This document shows, piece by piece, positions 63,101 to 64,000 of a DNA stretch of 64,000 nucleotides. Location of the stretch: the NCBI GenBank assembly GCA_040954595.2, contig CM082586.2, positions 9,951,337-10,015,336 of the forward strand, written 5' to 3'. The notes under the pieces were generated by a model, which was not told the origin of the DNA, did no database searches, and saw nothing but the letters and a program-made list of their open reading frames with translations. The stretch comes from Balanoglossus misakiensis (Eukaryota; Animalia; Hemichordata). Each line of letters opens with the position of its first letter. Positions within the stretch are counted from its first letter, which is position 1. Made by a program: the position numbers and the translations under genes.

Positions 63101-64000
63101 ATTTTATGGATATTTATGTCAAATTCGACAATTTGTAAGTAATAGGACGGTCATAGTTAAAGCATAATTTTCCATGATATCACATGTAATCATGACGCTT
63201 TAACTAGTCCAAATTTCTGATAATTATTATTGAGAAACGTCAGTATTCATTTGTGAACAGTTGCTAAGGTGGACATTTCAGTCAATGTTTGTTGATTTTT
63301 CATTCAGCCATTTAACCCAAGACTTGCATCTAACAAGTCAGTCTTCAGTGTGTTTACTTGACTACTGGAGGACTACAAGTGGTAGAAAACATGGTGTATC
63401 ACAGATTGTATGTGTAATGTGGATCGTCGCTACATCGTTCATCTATACAGGACTCCATCCCATATTGTGGTTGAATCATGATTGTTTACTATGAATGTTA
63501 TATACAGCTAAGTGACACTTACCATTGTTTAGACAATATGCAATAGACAATAAACTATAGTGATATTGTGAATATATTCATTTATGTAATATATTAAGTA
63601 ACCCATTGTATTGTATGACCAATTGTATCAGCATACCTGTACCTGCTAAATTGGTTAGGACAGAGACATTTGATATTGTGCATATTGTGCACAAAAATTA
63701 TATTCCTAGTATTATCTTTATATTATTTAATTGATTTAAATTAAATCAACTGTATTATTGTATCCGCACTGGTTTGTGTAGTTTCTCCCCATACCTTATC
63801 CACGGATGTTTACTCCTTGGCACTGAGAGCTGGTCAATATTTATCCTGGAATCAGAGGGGTGCCCTCCACCTCTGACATTTGGGGGCTCGTCCGGGAGTT
63901 TTATCGTTTTGTTGTGCATTTGTTTGTATACTATCATAAATTGTTGCCATATAGTGGAGACCATGGTTTTGATAGGTAGAGATTCTGCAAATTGTGAAGA

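Noticed and set aside
60400-64000. Short ORFs and GC-richer patches (60700-60980, 62600-63050, 63755-64000)
   Set aside because: No recognisable domain, splice chain or element termini; left unannotated

Overview
AT-rich animal genomic DNA (it looks like a marine invertebrate, by inference) made almost entirely of repeats and nested transposable elements; no host protein-coding gene, rRNA, true tRNA or CRISPR is supported. Left part: a ~900-bp tandem macro-repeat (7.1-22.4 kb) in which a 116-bp segment has expanded into four satellite arrays and a Helentron-type non-autonomous element (HINE) has inserted, followed by a 14.6-kb array of ~192-196-bp satellite monomers (24.7-39.3 kb). Right part: a repeatedly duplicated satellite/SINE/MITE module and a 3'-truncated Kolobok-type DNA transposon (TTAA site, from 43537). 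Its transposase gene is split over at least 11 GT-AG exons (43829-54974) and is mostly invisible in the ORF track. Three younger elements sit in its introns: a long-hairpin element, an 795-bp TTAA/TIR element and a full-length Gypsy (Mag-like) LTR retrotransposon with identical 154-bp LTRs. Paralogous empty sites inside the window confirm several insertion boundaries. Family names come from recalled motifs, not database searches.
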